Of a stretch of DNA of 64,000 nt, positions 10,516 through 21,204 are shown piece by piece (position 1 is the stretch's first letter; the number at the start of each line of letters is the position of its first letter). The notes beneath the pieces are model-generated. The model saw only the letters and a list, made by a program, of their open reading frames with translations, had not been told where the DNA came from and ran no database searches. Position numbers and translations under genes: made by a program. Origin of the DNA: Naegleria gruberi. Lineage: Eukaryota. The DNA lies in the NCBI GenBank assembly GCA_000004985.1, contig GG738846.1; one strand, given 5' to 3'.

Positions 10516-13500
10516 ATGTCATCAACGGATGAAACAATTGAGAAAGAACAACCAATATCCAATAACAATGAAAATACAATTCATCAAACAATCGATGTTG
10601 ATGATTGGAACTATCAACTCATAGAAAGAAAACTAGATAAAATAATTGAGGTGGTAAGTCTTGATGTTAAGTTCCGATATGTTTAACCATCCTATGAAGT
10701 TTTGGAAAATTGCAAAAACAGACACTCCCATCACTGACCCAATATCAAAGAGTGAACTATCAAATTTAGAAAAGAGAATTTCTACATTATTAAATCATAA
10801 TGAACAATATGGTCATATTCTCTCAAACATTTTCAAGAATATCAAGACAAGAGTCTCAAAACATAGCACTTGTTTTCAATTTGACCAATTTTTTGGTTAT
10901 ATGGAGAGAGTAGCATTCCATTTCACTTTGGTTTGGAGGAAGGAGGAATGGTTGAATTTCTTAATGTGTTTGTTGGCTTCCATCACAAAAAAAACATCTA
11001 ATTTCAAAAGCTTGCGAACACAAAGAACAAACAATCTAATCGGAAAGCTGTTTGATGAGAAGAAAATTTATTTTAGAGAAATAGATGACAAGGATCTCGT
11101 TAAATTTCTCAACAACAATGACATTAATGATACACTTTCGGATGACATTTATTGTTTGAATGAAATACCTAGTTTCAATGATTTGACTGGAGAGGAGATT
11201 AAATTAAGAGAACTGGATGAAATCCATCCAATATTGACTTTTACCAGGTTGATGGATCTTGGCAAACACTTTAATGTAAAGGGGGAAACTAAATATCAGA
11301 TTGGATTAAAAATTAAAAAAGTGGACAAACATTTTGAAAATTTGCTTCGCCTCTCATTACCTGAATCTGAACAGTTGCAAAATGTAGAATTACAACAAGG
11401 ATACGACAGCGAGGAAGAAATGATAATAGATGTCAATAAGAGGCCTAAGAGCTTTCTAATTATTGGAGATTCGTGTATGTTCATTCTTTCATGTTATATT
11501 TTAATTTTTAATTTAAACCCTAGTCTCTGGAAAGGGTCATATTGGAAAACAAATTTCAAATCACTACAATAGTGTAAGATTGGACCTTGAGGAGATGGCC
11601 AGAGAAGAATTCAAATCAAAGAGCTCAATGGGATTACAGGTAAGTGAGGTTAAAAATAACATTAACACAATTTTACAATTAATAGATTGAAAAGTATCTC
11701 AAGGAGGAACGAGCCATTCCAAACTCTTTACAAATTGAATTGTTTCAGAAATGGATTTCCTCTGACTATATTATGGATAGAGGCTATATTTTGGAGTGGG
11801 GCACTATTGACTCTGAGATTAGAAGCAGCATTGTACAGGCTCTCCAAGACAACCCTGCTAAATATGTAGTTAGCCTTCAAATGAATCCTGAAGAATCAAA
11901 GAATAGAAAATCGGAAATTATTTCAAAAATTACATCAAGAATTAGTGAGATAGAGTCACTTATTGATCAGGAGGATAATAAAGAAAGGCAAGAGCAAGAG
12001 GAGGAAAGAAGGAAACAAGAATTAAGGGAGGAAAAGAAGAAATTGATGCAAACTCAAAAATTGGAAAAGAAAAAAAAGGAACCATCAGAAGATGATGATG
12101 GAGAGAATGCTGACGAGGAGGAAACAGAAGAAGAACCTGAGGAAGAACCTGAGGAAGACGAGGAGGAAGAAGAACCAGAAGAAGACGAAGACGAAGAAGT
12201 AAGAGAGGAGAAGGAGAAGCAAAAAGCACAAATGAGAGAAAATCAATTTCTTGAAAGGTTAGAATAGTAAGTGTGATTGAATTCTTTCTTTAACTGTTAT
12301 TAGTTTTTACTTGAAAAAGAAAGCTTACCAAGAACAAGCAGATTTGGAACCACTTTCTAACACTATCCAGATAGCCAAAGAGCATTGTAAATTTTTAACA
12401 ATAGATACCTCATCTCAAAGTTTTAGAGATGCCTTCTTAATAGTTTTGCAGAAAATTGGAAGATCTACCCCTAATATTGTTGCAATTAATCCTGTCATTA
12501 TTGAAACCCCAGAAGAGGAACCTGATTATGAAGGGATAATAACAGCTCAAATTGAAAAAGGATATAAATGGAGTCGATGGAAGAAGTATTGTCCTGTTAG
12601 ATTTCATATTGATAGAGCGATTGTGGAAGGAAATATTCCAGCATTGTACAGAGGAAGACTGTATTTACTCTCCACAAAAGAATATCAAAATGAGTTTATC
12701 AACAATCCTAGATATTACCTAAAGAAGTTACCTGAGAAAAAGCAAAGAGTTTTATTTGTTTGGAACGGTGAAATTGGAGAAGAAATAATAAGAGAAGGTA
12801 AGTTTTAATATTTCGCACATCATTCTAACCAAGGATATTAAGTGTCTAAGTTTTACAAATCAGAAATTGTTAGCCTAGATCAATATGCAAAATATGCAGC
12901 CAGCCTCCCTCCTCCACCTATAAAAGAAAAGAAACTCGCTAAAAAGGTTACTATTGAGGGAGATGATGAAGATGAAGCCCCTGAGGAAGAACCTGAGGAG
13001 CAAGAAATTATGGAAGAAAATGTATTACCAGAAACTTCAGAAGATCTTCAAATATCCATCTTTGTTAGTGGAGGTTCTTCATCTTATGAAAATAGCTCAG
13101 TAATGAAATCTATTCTAGATTCTCCTGCCGAATCTCCACTCACCTCTATTGTCATTCTCACAAAGGAAAAATCCGAGCAAGAGGAAGGAGAAGAAGAACA
13201 TGCTACCGAGGAAAGTGCTGCAGTCGATGATGAAGAAGATAACAATGAAAATGAGGAGCAGGGCGAATCTGATCCAAAAGCAATAGATCCACCAGTTGAA
13301 AAGAAGGAAGTGATAGACTTTGTAAAGCTAGTCAAAGAAAAAGAGGAGTATTTACAAGCCAAAAAAATCAAATTTATAGAGGTTTCCTTTACTAACATAT
13401 GGGAAGGTGTATTAAGCGTGAGAAAACAAGTTGATCCTTTTCTAGTTGAGGCTGCAGCAGCTTCTATTGAACTACCAAAGGAAGACACAGATCCTTTCGA

Positions 13501-16391
13501 AAGAGAACATGTTCTATTGGAACAAGAAGAGAAAACGGAAGAGCAAGAAGGAGGGGACGACCCACAAGATGATGAAGAGCCTTCAAAGAAGGAGATTAGA
13601 CATGAAATTCTTGGTTTATCTGGAATATTTTGTCCAGTTACCCTTAAAAACAGACGGTTACTCGTAAAAGGTGATAGTTCGTTGTGTGTTTCTTACAAAG
13701 GAAAACACTATGTGTTTGACACACAGGAGGCTATGGATGAGTTCATACTTAGACCACATATTTACACGTCTGAAATTAGGAATACAACAAGCAATATTTG
13801 GATGATTGGAGTGGATGAACAATCTTCATACTCAACTAAAATTAGTGAAACATTCTCCCTTCCAATTGTTAAACTTGATTTAGATTTTCTTGAAAAAATT
13901 GGTAGTGAAATAGACACTGTAATCGAGTATATTAAAGAACTGGAAAAACCTATTGAGCATCCTAAAAAAGAAAAATCTGATGATGAAGAGGAAGAAGAAG
14001 AGGAGGCTCCAGAAGAAGAAGACGACGAAACAGCTAAAGAAGAAAAAAGGTTAAGAAGGCTCTGTAATATCCTCAAGTTAGTTCTCAAAGATCAAAAATA
14101 TGTAAATGGCTACATTCTTACCTCGATTCCATTGGGAGAAGTCACAGAACCCATACTAAACATTTTGGATGAACTAGAAGTTTTCCCAACCTTGTTAATC
14201 AACTTTAAGGTAAACGAGGAACAGTACGTAAAGAAAAATTTTGACAAGAATTTCTCCCAATACAAACAACACCTCCTACAAAAGAAAATTGATAAGAGAA
14301 AGAAAAAGGAGCAAGCAAAAATAGATGTCAGATTGAAGAAGAAAAAAGAGGATGATGATAATGAAGAAACTCAACAAGAGGAAGAGGAAGAAGAACCAGT
14401 TAAAACTAAGGATGAAATATTAGAAGATGTACAAAAATCATACTCAGATGCTTTTGAAAAGACAGAAGAAATATCTAACAGATACCTAGGAAAACGATTT
14501 GTTGTAAGAGATTTTGATTCAGCAAAACCAGAGAGAGTGGTAATGAGACAAGTATTAGATTTCATTTATCTTATGAAAGACAAAAAGCAAATATTTGATT
14601 TTATCACAACATGTGACCACGATACGGCCATCAAACTAGTTTTCGAAGGTAGAAAAAAGCTAGGATTTGGATATTTTGATAAGGTAGACAAATTGCAACA
14701 GACCTCACAATACCCTAAAATGGAAGGTAATTTCTTAACAATATGCCAAGATGAGGACCCATTCCAATACGTAGAACCACCAAAACAAGAGGAAGTTGCT
14801 CCTCAACAACCTGAAGAAAAGTCAAACAATGAAGAAAACCAAGACGAGGAACAAACTGATGAAGAAAAACAAGATGATGACGAACAGAATGAAGAAGAAA
14901 AGAACGAAGAAGAGGGAGATGAGCAAGAGGAAAAGGATGGTGATGAAGAGAATGAAGATGTTTCGGTAAAAAAGACTGTCAAGCCCCCAAAACCTGAAAT
15001 AAGCTTCCCAGTAGTTGTGAATAATCTTGTATTTTTCTTCAAAACAGAAAAGAATAGAGAAATCTTCCTTAAAGAGAGAACTAGACTGATAGAAACTGAA
15101 ATTGATCAAAAAGAATTCCGACCAAAAATCTTACTGTATGGAGGAGATCCGGAAAAAAGAGAAATACTTGCTAGAAAAGTTGCTGCTAAACTTGGTTGCA
15201 CTTATGTGAGTTGTCTTGAAATAGTACAAACTTTCATGAAGTATCAGACAGCAATAGGCAACCAATTTAGAAGTGAAGAAAATCCATTCCCTGAAGGTGA
15301 TGATCTTCTTTCCTATTTGAAACGTAGACTCAACCACTTTGACTGTGTGGTAAATGGTTTTATTATAGATGGTATTTTCCCAACCTATGAAGATATTAAG
15401 GAGTTTGCCAAAAAAGGTGACATTATTGATAAGGTTTTCTTTTTGGATAACCGAGAGTAAGTTTTTACAATTTCCATTCACAATAACCTGTTCTCATAGT
15501 AGCACAACTGTATCAAACGATGAGAGACAAATTGAAACATTATTCGAAATGGAAAGACCTTTCACAACCATAAGATTGGGAATACTTCCTGATTGGAGCT
15601 TAGTCTCTAGCATTGAAAGAGCTGTCACCAATACTCTACACAGACAATACAACTTTTTTGTCAACTCTTCCAAGAAGGAAATACCTGCCCCAATATTTGA
15701 TATTGGTATGGATTCTGATTTTTTCAGTGACCACATTTCAAGATTTAAAACATACTGTCCAGTCAAGTTTGTGGATGAGGGAATTCTTTTTGATACCATT
15801 ACAGACAGAACCCACACGAACAGATGTTTCTATGAGGATAAGATTTATTGTTTTAGTGATTCAAATGTCATGCAGATGTTTGTTTCAAACTATCACAAAT
15901 ACACAGACAAGAACATCAAGTTCCCAGAAGAATTACCACACGAGGTTAATGATATGCACTTGAGACATGTTTCTGAACTTCAAGAAGAGGAATACGATGA
16001 TAAGATTGCAGGTCAATATGGTTATTTGGGATTCTGTCCAATATTATTATCCTTGGGAATGGTTGTGTGGGGGAAATCCAGATTTTCTATCAAATATAAG
16101 GGTAAACTCTATAGGACGTACTCTAGTGAGGGACGAATCAAGTTTATGCAAAAACCATGGGAGTTTGTTTCCTTACAACTTCCAACCAAGTTGCCAGTCA
16201 GACAAAGAGATTGGCCAAATCTAGGAGTAGTGGAATACCTTGAAGAAAGTGTTGAAAAACTTGTTTCTTCTTCAGTTCTTGAATTGGCCAAAGTAAGACC
16301 ACTGTATAAAGGGTTGACAGTTAAGGAATCTGCAATCAAACATTTGGCCATTCTGTTGAAAAAGAATAACAAAAAATTAGAGAGCAAATAA
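10516..16391 (+). CDS. AK9: Adenylate kinase 9 (AK9)-like multi-adenylate-kinase-domain protein, 1869 aa, 7 exons: 10516..10653, 10700..11474, 11524..11639, 11686..12266, 12304..12797, 12843..15456, 15500..16391.
   Basis: Five same-strand track ORFs are joined by six short introns (46, 49, 46, 37, 45 and 43 nt; GTAAGT or GTATGT donors) with consistent phases. The total is exactly 5610 nt (1870 codons). There are at least two AK-like cores: a P-loop GDSFSGKGHIGKQ plus GYILEWGT, and a second with GFIIDGIFP. Human AK9 is about 1.9 kb of protein. There are four YHS/TRASH-like CPV...YKGK.Y.F....F..NP..Y modules and long poly-acidic inserts. Confidence 0.7.
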
Positions 16392-16432
16392 AAGGAAAAT
16401 ATGATTTAATTCACCTTCAAGTTTTAAAAAAA

Positions 16433-17209
16433 ATGTTTCGTGATTTTGGCAGCAAGGCAGGCAGTGGTGGGCAACAAAGTGCCTCCTTGGCCAATGTTGA
16501 TCGGAGAGAAAGACAAACTCAACTAGCATTGGAAAATATTGATTTGGAAAAGGATCCATACATTATGAAAAATCACATTGGAAAATATGAATGTAAATTA
16601 TGTTTAACCCAACACAATACAATTGGAAACTATATGGCTCACACGCAAGGAAGAAGACACAAATATAACTTACACAAGAGAATTGCTGCGGATCAAAAGG
16701 ATACACCAATCAAGGGAATCCAAAAGCAAGAGAAAATGTTTAAAAAGACATTAAAAATTGGAAGACCTGGATATACAGTCTCCAAGAAAATTAATCCAGA
16801 AACTAAGCAAAAATCTCTCATCTTTGTGATACAATACCCTGAAATTGATAAAGAGTTACAACCTAGGTTTAGAATAATGAGTTCATATGAACAAAAACAG
16901 GAACCCCCAAATCCAAAATATCAATATTTATTATTTGCTGCGGATCCATACGAAACAATTGCTTTCAAAATTCCAAACAAACCAATCGATAGAGGTGAAG
17001 GTAAATTTATAACAGAGTGGGATAAAGATACCTATTCCATGACACTAAAGTTGCACTTCCAAAAAGAAGACCAAAAACAAATTCCAAAGATTCCTCCTCC
17101 TTCTGCAAAACTTCCTCCTCCACCTTCAAGTTTAGGTACAAGGAAACTAGCATTACCTGGCAAGGTTATTCCTCCACCTCCAATTAATGCACCACTCCGA
17201 AAGCAATAA
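16433..17209 (+). CDS. SF3A2: Splicing factor 3a subunit 2 (SF3A2/Prp11), 258 aa.
   Basis: Near-collinear match to SF3A2: DRRERQTQLALENIDLEKDPYIMKNHIGKYECKLCLTQHNTIGNYMAHTQGRRH (matrin-type C2H2), KIGRPGYTVSKK, SLIFVIQYPEI, YQYLLFAADPYETIAFKIP. The tail is proline-rich. Confidence 0.9.
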   Translation: MFRDFGSKAGSGGQQSASLANVDRRERQTQLALENIDLEKDPYIMKNHIGKYECKLCLTQHNTIGNYMAHTQGRRHKYNLHKRIAADQKDTPIKGIQKQEKMFKKTLKIGRPGYTVSKKINPETKQKSLIFVIQYPEIDKELQPRFRIMSSYEQKQEPPNPKYQYLLFAADPYETIAFKIPNKPIDRGEGKFITEWDKDTYSMTLKLHFQKEDQKQIPKIPPPSAKLPPPPSSLGTRKLALPGKVIPPPPINAPLRKQ

Positions 17210-17551
17210 TTAATCTCTAGTTTTTACTACATTTTGTTTGAATTGTTGGAAAGTTCTTGTTAATGATGTTAATTCCTTGTTGATGTTTTGTATTTCAGTT
17301 TCAATCTTTTCCTTGTCTGTCCTTTTTTCTAATTTCACTTCATCAGCCTTTCTCAGAAAATAAATATTACTTTTTTGTGTGTATAATGTTTTTGCTTTGT
17401 TTCCTTTCAATTCATAATCCAATAAAGTTTCTAGAGTGTACAATTTATTTTCCAAATCTTGTTGTTTTTGTTGTAAATCTGGCATTCTGATCCAAGCATC
17501 AACGTTTTTGAAAAAATCCTCTTCCGAAGATGATAATTGTCTGGTGGCCAT
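17210..17551 (-). CDS. Small coiled-coil protein, 113 aa, possibly a prefoldin beta-class subunit.
   Basis: Single ORF, ATG in a catttttttaa context. Two heptad helices flank an ...IYFLRKADE... hairpin-like segment, as in prefoldin beta subunits. Its stop codon directly abuts the convergent SF3A2 stop (17207-09 and 17210-12). Confidence 0.35.
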   Translation of the reverse strand: MATRQLSSSEEDFFKNVDAWIRMPDLQQKQQDLENKLYTLETLLDYELKGNKAKTLYTQKSNIYFLRKADEVKLEKRTDKEKIETEIQNINKELTSLTRTFQQFKQNVVKTRD

Positions 17552-17601
17552 TTTTTTAATTTAAAAATTTAATTTAAAAATAATAAAGTATTGAAAATAA
17601 T

Positions 17602-19602
17602 TTAATTGTCTTGCTCGTTCTTATTTTTCTTAGAATTGAGTTTTTGAATGACTCTGAATGGAACACCTCCCAATTCAAATTCATCTCTAATGGCATTAAT
17701 AATTTGTCTTTCAAAGTTGGTTGGGAACTTTTTGTTGGAGGTGTGAATGCAGAAAGTTGGAGGTCTAATGGCTACCTGTGAAATGTATCTCACTTTTGGA
17801 TAACTTTGAGGAATTGGTTTGGTTTCCAAGTATTGTCTGATAAATGTATTGAGTTGATGTGTAGAAATCTTTGAAGACCACTTTCTATAAGATTTCTCAC
17901 ATTCTTTGAGGAGGAGTGATAGGTTTTTACCAGTCTTTGCAGAACATACCACAACTGAAATGCCTTGCATTTGAGAGAGTGAGCTTTCAATTTGAGATTC
18001 AATTTGTTGAGCAACAACGTATGGATTTTTGACCATATCCCATTTGTTGCAAGCAATAACAAGAGATCTACCTTCCTTTTCAACCATTCTTGCAATGTCT
18101 AAATCTTGTTGGGTCAGCCCATAACCCTCACCACTGATATTATGTGTTGGATCAACAACGAGACAGCACACATTAGCATACTTGATAGTTCTGTAAGTAT
18201 CTTTTAGAGACATTTGTTCAATACGATCTGTGTCTGTATGTTTCTTTTTTCTGATACCAGCAGTGTCACAAATTAAGTAATGCTGACCGGTCTTTTCATT
18301 GATTGCTTCAACTTCAATTGTGTCACGTGTGGTTCCTGGTGTGCTTGAAGTACGAGTTCTTTCCTCACCAATTAAATGGTTCAAAAGAGTACTCTTTCCA
18401 ACATTGGATCTACCAATGATGGCCAATCTCATAATGTTATCCTCCTTCATACCACTGGAATTTACAAGTTCTTGCGGCTCTTCTGCTTCTTCCATTTCTT
18501 CTTCAACGTCTTCTTGTTCTTGTTGAACTACCTTTGGAGCTGGTGCAACATTTTCTTGTCTATAGTTTTGAGGTTTTGAACCCAAATTTTCAATATCTTT
18601 ATGGGTAATCTTGACTGTTTCAGTAAAATCACGTGAACTAGGTACGGTTGGTAAATTTTCCCATTCACCCTTAAAGTCTCTAGGTTGGAAGAAATTAGTT
18701 TCATTATTTTCGTCGGCTAGATCATATTCAGATTCACACATGACTCCATCATCGAGCGTAATGTAATCACCATCATTCTTAGACACCCTACTTTGATTAA
18801 TTGACTCAATGACAGATTGGTATAATTCATCTCTAGTTTTTTGTAATGTTTCCTCGTTTAAACTTTCAGTCAAAAAATGATAAGATTGAATTGCTGAAAC
18901 AATTTGATCCATTCCAATTTTCATTTCACTTGAAATTGGAATAGGCTTTCCTAGTGAAGGTATAGTATTTTTGGAAATAACTTCTTCCAATTCATCAGAA
19001 TCTCCTCTCATTAATGGGCCATCACACTTGTTCAAAATATGAAGGGCTGGAATTCCTTTCATTTCCAAATAATTGGCAACATGATAATCCCACTTTTGAA
19101 GTCCATCACGACAATCAGTTACCAATAAGGCAACATTTGAGCTAGCAATACTATCCTGAGTTTGTTGAATAATAGACTCCATAAAGTTTGCTCCAGGAGT
19201 ATCAATGAATGTACATGAAATCTTCTTGATGAGTCTCTTTCTTGCCTTTTTATCAAAAACAACTTCGGACACATTCATTGGATATTTCAATTTGATTTGT
19301 GTTTTTGCTTCTTGACAATCTCTTGTAACACCAGGAGAATTGTGAACAATAGAATGTTGTCTTCCCAATAGAGAATTAAATAATGTACTCTTTCCAACAT
19401 TTTCTCTTCCGATAATAGCAACCCTAAGATTCTTCTTACTTCTCACCATTTTCAATACTTTTCCTGCATAGCTACTTGTTGAATTGTCGTCAAAAGTTTT
19501 CATATTCCCTGAAGCTGATGATGATTTACTGGTCATTCTTCTTCCGAGTTGATGAACAACTTGACCAAGCATTGTCGAATTCCCTCCATTCAATAGTTTC
19601 AT
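17602..19602 (-). CDS. der: Der/EngA-type double GTPase (bacterial-type, probably organellar ribosome assembly), about 667 aa.
   Basis: Two tandem G domains with G1/G2 motifs AIIGRENVGKSTLFNSLLG...GVTRD and LAIIGRSNVGKSTLLNHLIG...GTTRD, plus a C-terminal KH-like region. The preferred start is ATG 19602 (MKLLNGG...; catttttttat context) rather than the track's TTG at 19656. The N-terminus is basic and Ser-rich, consistent with a presequence. Confidence 0.8.
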   Translation of the reverse strand: MKLLNGGNSTMLGQVVHQLGRRMTSKSSSASGNMKTFDDNSTSSYAGKVLKMVRSKKNLRVAIIGRENVGKSTLFNSLLGRQHSIVHNSPGVTRDCQEAKTQIKLKYPMNVSEVVFDKKARKRLIKKISCTFIDTPGANFMESIIQQTQDSIASSNVALLVTDCRDGLQKWDYHVANYLEMKGIPALHILNKCDGPLMRGDSDELEEVISKNTIPSLGKPIPISSEMKIGMDQIVSAIQSYHFLTESLNEETLQKTRDELYQSVIESINQSRVSKNDGDYITLDDGVMCESEYDLADENNETNFFQPRDFKGEWENLPTVPSSRDFTETVKITHKDIENLGSKPQNYRQENVAPAPKVVQQEQEDVEEEMEEAEEPQELVNSSGMKEDNIMRLAIIGRSNVGKSTLLNHLIGEERTRTSSTPGTTRDTIEVEAINEKTGQHYLICDTAGIRKKKHTDTDRIEQMSLKDTYRTIKYANVCCLVVDPTHNISGEGYGLTQQDLDIARMVEKEGRSLVIACNKWDMVKNPYVVAQQIESQIESSLSQMQGISVVVCSAKTGKNLSLLLKECEKSYRKWSSKISTHQLNTFIRQYLETKPIPQSYPKVRYISQVAIRPPTFCIHTSNKKFPTNFERQIINAIRDEFELGGVPFRVIQKLNSKKNKNEQDN

Positions 19603-19681
19603 TTTTTTATTCGAGGTTTTTTGATTGAATAATGATATTATTATCAAATAAAACAATGAAATACATCATAGTATTTATAAT

Positions 19682-21064
19682 ATGAATTTTAATCTATTTT
19701 TCTCATTAGCTATTATAAAAAGTTGTCTAATATTAATTAATGTAACAATTAAAAAAATGAATCTGAGAAGGATTTCATCTTCACTGTTATTGTTTAAAAA
19801 AACAAAGGAATCATCGTCATCATCATTGCGGTGTGGATATCATCAATGTAGTGCAAATAATAATATTGGAGTAAATTCCCAAATGATGAATAGTGTTACA
19901 ACATCAATATTTCCGAATAATAAGAAGTTTAAACAAAATAATAATAATAATAATACAGAGAGCATACGTAATTTAATTCTAAAACATGCTCGATTGGGTC
20001 AAGTGAAACAAGTATTGGAATTACTCTCTCGTATTACATTACCAAAAAATTCACCGAATGACAAGATTAAAGAAATTGAATTGGAAAAGGAAAATATAAT
20101 CCATACACTCATGTTGGCCTATGCTAAGAAGGGCTCACTTCACAAGACTGAAATTCTCTTTAGAAAATTACAAAATCCAACACTTAAATGTTATACAATA
20201 TTGTTGGGAGTATATGCAGAAAAGGGATTAATAGATAAGGTTAAACAATTGTTTTCCAAAATTGAAAAACCAGATCAAGCATGTTATGTTGTATTAATGA
20301 ATACTTACTCGAAATTGGGCATGTTTGACAAGATTCAAAACATTTATTCCAATATTTATTACAAGTTGTTGAATTCCAAATCCTTGGAAGGCAACAATGA
20401 AACCAAGAGTGGAAATGAATTACTAGTAGATTTGACCCAAGTTATCAAGAGTAATTATAAGGAAGAATGCAAGGAATTTAAATATTATAAGGATATATTT
20501 ATAGTTGTTTCGGGATTCAAAATGTATTACCACTTGAAAAAGAAGGAATATTTACTAGTTGAAGACACATTCGCTAAAGCTAGGGAATTTATTAATAACG
20601 ATAACATTAATATTCTGAATGTTTACCTACAATCACTAATTCATAGAAACACTAGTATAGAACAAATTGAACACTTTATTAAGAATTCTATTCGAAATCC
20701 TGACCATGTTACATATCATTTATTAATGGTTTACTATCACAAATTGAAAAATTATGACAAGGTAGAAAAGTTATACAAGGCAGTAACTCAACTCGACGAT
20801 ATTGATACACAAAAGAGAAATTATTTTGATGCCATGATTATGACAATGTTTTATGAAAGAGAAATGTTTGATAAGGTTGAAAAGATTTTCAGACAAATCA
20901 AATCTCCAGATTACAAATGTTATTTGATTTTGATGAGATGTTACCTCAAACAAATGGATTCAGATAAAATGATTCAACTCTTCAAGGAAATGCCAAACGA
21001 ATTGGTTAATGACAATCTGGTTACAGAGATGATGCAAATGACTCTCCATGCAAATAGGAAATAA
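19682..21064 (+). CDS. Pentatricopeptide/TPR-like repeat protein (likely organellar RNA metabolism), 460 aa.
   Basis: There are at least 6 degenerate ~35-aa helical-hairpin repeats (LMLAYAKKGSLHKTEILFRKL; YTILLGVYAEKGLIDKVKQLFSKI; YVVLMNTYSKLGMFDKIQNIYS; YLILMRCYLKQMDSDKMIQLFKEM). The N-terminus is basic and presequence-like. Confidence 0.55.
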   Translation: MNFNLFFSLAIIKSCLILINVTIKKMNLRRISSSLLLFKKTKESSSSSLRCGYHQCSANNNIGVNSQMMNSVTTSIFPNNKKFKQNNNNNNTESIRNLILKHARLGQVKQVLELLSRITLPKNSPNDKIKEIELEKENIIHTLMLAYAKKGSLHKTEILFRKLQNPTLKCYTILLGVYAEKGLIDKVKQLFSKIEKPDQACYVVLMNTYSKLGMFDKIQNIYSNIYYKLLNSKSLEGNNETKSGNELLVDLTQVIKSNYKEECKEFKYYKDIFIVVSGFKMYYHLKKKEYLLVEDTFAKAREFINNDNINILNVYLQSLIHRNTSIEQIEHFIKNSIRNPDHVTYHLLMVYYHKLKNYDKVEKLYKAVTQLDDIDTQKRNYFDAMIMTMFYEREMFDKVEKIFRQIKSPDYKCYLILMRCYLKQMDSDKMIQLFKEMPNELVNDNLVTEMMQMTLHANRK

Positions 21065-21183
21065 ATGATATTCAAGACTACAATTTTTTAAATAGTTAAT
21101 AAATTTATTGTGATTTTACAATATTAGTTATTAGTATTTTATTATTTATTATATTTATTATTTAAATTTTAATGCACACAAAG

Positions 21184-21195
21184 ATTGGCGCCAAG
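21184..21195. promoter_or_regulatory. E2F-like palindromic element ATTGGCGCCAAG immediately upstream of the preferred CenH3 ATG.
   Basis: GGCGCC core. It sits between the two candidate ATGs, 10-20 bp before the A-run ATG at 21205. Confidence 0.5.
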
Positions 21196-21204
21196 ATTAA
21201 AAAA

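Noticed and set aside
13084-13488. Antisense ORFs inside long genes (e.g. 4817..5032, 13084..13488, 13762..14088, 14822..15109, 21321..21560, 35553..36113, 39028..39591, 46157..46546).
   Set aside because: They are low-complexity peptides mirroring GAA/GAG-rich or repeat-rich sense coding sequence. They have no start context and no domains, and are typical reverse-strand artefacts of biased coding DNA.
10661-16391. Five separate genes, as suggested by the ORF track.
   Set aside because: Every gap contains a short GT...AG intron with compatible phase. Domains (AK P-loop, CPV modules) are split across the ORF boundaries. The joined length matches AK9.
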